From assembly GCA_045807225.1 (NCBI GenBank), contig JBJMHU010000061.1, forward strand, positions 2,185 through 66,184: 64,000 bases of DNA, given 5' to 3'. The position numbers and the translations under genes are program-made. The notes beneath the pieces were generated by a model. It was not told the DNA's origin, made no database searches, and saw only the letters and a list, made by a program, of their open reading frames with translations. Below are positions 61,768 to 64,000 of this stretch, in pieces. Each line of letters begins with the position of its first letter. Position 1 is the first letter of the stretch. Source of the stretch: Ornithinibacter sp. GTDB taxonomy: Bacteria > Actinomycetota > Actinomycetes > Actinomycetales > Dermatophilaceae.

Positions 61768-61958
61768 GTCGGACCCTTACAGGGCCGCGAACCGTCGACC
61801 GGCTCGTTTCAGGGGCCTGCCGGTCGGCCGCGGAACCTCAGGGGCGTCACGGCACCGGGCTGTGAGAGCGCGGTGCACGGGACGACGGTTCCGCTACACG
61901 GGGACCGGCCACGCCGGGCGTAGCACCGCAGGGGGTGCGGCACCCGGCGTGGCCGTCG
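61768..61958 (+). ncRNA. Candidate structured small RNA with CAGGGG motifs, copy 2
   Basis: Same core as copy 1 plus an ~56-nt insertion with extra hairpins; compensatory change in the terminal stem. Confidence 0.6.
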
Positions 61959-62031
61959 TGCCCGGGATGCAGGTGGCCGACCGGCCAGATGGGGTCGTGG
62001 CCCCGACTGCGATCCGCCTGCGCGGAGGGGC

Positions 62032-62412
62032 TCAGGCGGCGCCGTCGGTGCGCGACGTGGCGTCGGCCCACGGGTCGGCGCCGGAGCCGGTCGGCGAGGG
62101 CGCCGGTCGGCCGTTCGTGGTGCCCGGCGTGGTGTCGTTGCCCGTGCCGGTCTCGATCGCCTCGGCCTCGACCGTACGGCTCATGCGCAGCTTCTCACCG
62201 GTGGCGCGGGCGGCGTCGGCCACCATGTCGGCGACCACGGGGGCCGCCTTGGTGCGGGCGACCTCCTTGGCGTTGTAGACCTGCTTCTGCACCGGGCCGG
62301 AGTTCCAGACCTTGCCCGAGGTGCGGCGGATCTGCTCGTAGCGCTGCCGGCCCGCACGTGCGCCGAGCACGTAGCCGGCGGCCAGGCCGGCGATGAACGT
62401 CAGCTTCCCCAT
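62032..62412 (-). CDS. YtxH-like small membrane-anchored protein
   Basis: GAGGAG RBS; MGKLTFIAGLAAGYVLGARAGRQRYEQI signature. Confidence 0.8.
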   Translation of the reverse strand: MGKLTFIAGLAAGYVLGARAGRQRYEQIRRTSGKVWNSGPVQKQVYNAKEVARTKAAPVVADMVADAARATGEKLRMSRTVEAEAIETGTGNDTTPGTTNGRPAPSPTGSGADPWADATSRTDGAA

Positions 62413-62525
62413 GGGTTGGCTCCTCTCGTCGGCCTCCGACCCTACCTGCCACGAACGCCGCGATGCCGTGCGCTTGCGACCGCGTCCCGGCATACCCTTG
62501 TCCCGTTCCGGCGCACGCCGGGTCT

Positions 62526-62612
62526 GGAGGGCTCGCATAGTGGCCTAGTGCGGCGGTCTTGAAAACCGCTATGGCGGCAACGTCATCGTGGGTTCGAATC
62601 CCACGCCCTCCG
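62526..62612 (+). tRNA. tRNA-Ser(TGA)
   Basis: GGAGGGC acceptor stem, anticodon arm GCGGT-CTTGAAA-ACCGC, long variable arm, GGTTCGAATCC; CCA not encoded. Confidence 0.95.
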
Positions 62613-62715
62613 CTCACGCGCCCGCGAGGTCGCGGCGAGGTCCCAACGGCCGGCGGATGGATCGGCAGGATCGTCAGCCTGTCGCGGTCCTCAGCGGCCG
62701 CCGTGGACCGGGGGG

Positions 62716-63714
62716 TCAGCCGCGCGGCGGGATCTCGCCGGAGCCCCGAGCCACCAGGGTCGGCTCGTGCACGATGTGCCGCGGCGGTGCCGTGTTGCCG
62801 TCGATGCGGTCGAACAACAGGTCGCCCACGGTCTTGCCGATACGGGCGACGTCCTGGCGGATGACGGTCAGCGCCGGGTCGAGCAGGTCGGCAAGGGGGA
62901 AGTCGTCGAAGCCGACCAGCGCCACCTTGCGACGCAGGCCGCGCTCCGCCAGCGCGCGAACGGCGCCGGCGGAGAGGATGTTTCGCGCGGTGAAGACCGC
63001 CGTCGGCGGGTCGTCGAGGCCGAGCAGCCCGTCCATCACCTCGGTGGCCTCGTCGGTCGACCGCAGGCCGGTGACGAGCAGGCGCGGGTCCGGACGCAGG
63101 CCGCGCTCGGCATACGCGTCGGTGAAACCGGCGAGCCGGCGCTCGGCCGTGGGGATGGACGGCATGTCGATGAGCGCTGCGATCCGCCGGTGCCCCTGCG
63201 CCAGCAGGTGCTCGGCGGCGAGCCGCCCGCCGCGCTCGTTGTCGACGGTCACCGAGTCCACGTCGATGCCACGCGGGGGGCGGTCGACGAACACGGCGGG
63301 GGTGCCCGAGCGCAGCTCGCTGAGCAGGTAGTCCTGGCGCTCGCTGGCCGGCATGATCACGAGACCGTCGACCCGGCGGGTGACGAGGTCGTGGACGAGC
63401 TCCTGCTCGCGGTCGGCGCCCTCGTCGAGGCTGGCCGCGAGCACCGCCGTGCCATGGCGGCGGGCCGAGTCCTCGAGGGCCCGAAGGAGGCTGGCGGAGA
63501 ACGAGTTCGACAGGTCCTGCACCAACGCGCCGATCAGGCCGGTCCGTGCGCCCGTGCGCCTGAGGTTGCTGGCGGCGAGGTTGGGGCGGTAGTCGAGCCG
63601 CTGGACGGCGGCGGTGACGCGCTCCCGGACGTCGGTGGAGACGCCGGGCTCGTCGTTGACCACCCGCGACACCGTCTTGAGGCTCACCCCCGCCAGCGCC
63701 GCGACGTCACGCAT
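62716..63714 (-). CDS. LacI family transcriptional regulator
   Basis: MRDVAALAGVSLKTVSRVVN, YRPN, VFVDR and LVGFDD motifs; may start at TTG 63741. Confidence 0.92.
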   Translation of the reverse strand: MRDVAALAGVSLKTVSRVVNDEPGVSTDVRERVTAAVQRLDYRPNLAASNLRRTGARTGLIGALVQDLSNSFSASLLRALEDSARRHGTAVLAASLDEGADREQELVHDLVTRRVDGLVIMPASERQDYLLSELRSGTPAVFVDRPPRGIDVDSVTVDNERGGRLAAEHLLAQGHRRIAALIDMPSIPTAERRLAGFTDAYAERGLRPDPRLLVTGLRSTDEATEVMDGLLGLDDPPTAVFTARNILSAGAVRALAERGLRRKVALVGFDDFPLADLLDPALTVIRQDVARIGKTVGDLLFDRIDGNTAPPRHIVHEPTLVARGSGEIPPRG

Positions 63715-63735
63715 GGTCGCGCGATTAGTCTGGCC

Positions 63736-63827
63736 TGACAACGATGTCACTTTCACATCACGATGTGTAGACCATGGGTTGACCTCAGCGCAAGCAAACG
63801 ATAGAAAGTCCCCTGACAACGTTGTCA
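63736..63827. promoter_or_regulatory. Two LacI-type operators
   Basis: TGACAACGATGTCA (63736-63749) and the perfect palindrome TGACAACGTTGTCA (63814-63827) between the LacI gene and a divergent sugar-binding gene. Confidence 0.8.
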
Positions 63828-63871
63828 CAACGGCGTCGGCCCAAAAATGCACTCAAAGGAGAGTTCGCCCC

Positions 63872-64000
63872 ATGCACATCCGTCACGTTTCGTCCTCGCG
63901 CACGGTGCGCCGGGCGCTCGCGTCCGTAGGGATCGTCGGTCTCGCGCTCGGCGCAGCGGCCTGTGGTTCCGACGACAGCGGCTCCGGCAGCTCAGGATCC
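63872..64000 (+). CDS. Sugar ABC substrate-binding lipoprotein, partial
   Basis: AAAGGAG RBS; MHIRHVSSSRTVRRALASVGIVGLALGAAAC-GSDD lipobox; divergent from LacI; truncated by the window end. Confidence 0.7.
   Translation, partial: MHIRHVSSSRTVRRALASVGIVGLALGAAACGSDDSGSGSSGS

Noticed and set aside
50118-62612. Protease modules as a tRNA-Ser-anchored genomic island
   Set aside because: The modules lie 5' of the tRNA behind a YtxH-like gene; no integrase or att duplication found

Overview
High-GC actinobacterial chromosome segment (gene content and style suggest Micrococcales/Intrasporangiaceae-like; inference). Most of 1-50 kb is housekeeping or metabolic: aromatic aminotransferase, GMC/LLM/GH13 trio, 2-oxoacid dehydrogenase operon, acyl-CoA dehydrogenases, split GlcNAc PTS with nagA and a GntR regulator, MFS/MarR, osmoprotectant ABC transporter, EtfD-like Fe-S protein, ECF42-type sigma pair, cysK-cysE, tRNA-Gly and tRNA-Ser. 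The standout is 50.1-62.0 kb, with two tandem, diverged copies of a four-gene module: cytoplasmic S8 protease with an internal Gly/aromatic repeat, ECF sigma factor, small soluble protein, and TPR-CHAT caspase-like protease. Each copy is preceded by a conserved non-coding block containing two back-to-back GTATCA-N15-GCTCCT promoter-like motifs and a divergent structured RNA candidate with repeated CAGGGG motifs. Both CHAT genes appear to start at non-canonical ATC/ATT codons exactly 8 nt after the upstream stop. A second oddity is an AbiEi-like/PD-(D/E)XK nuclease gene bracketed by four ~46-bp palindromic repeats. All calls come from reading the sequence by eye; no database searches were run.
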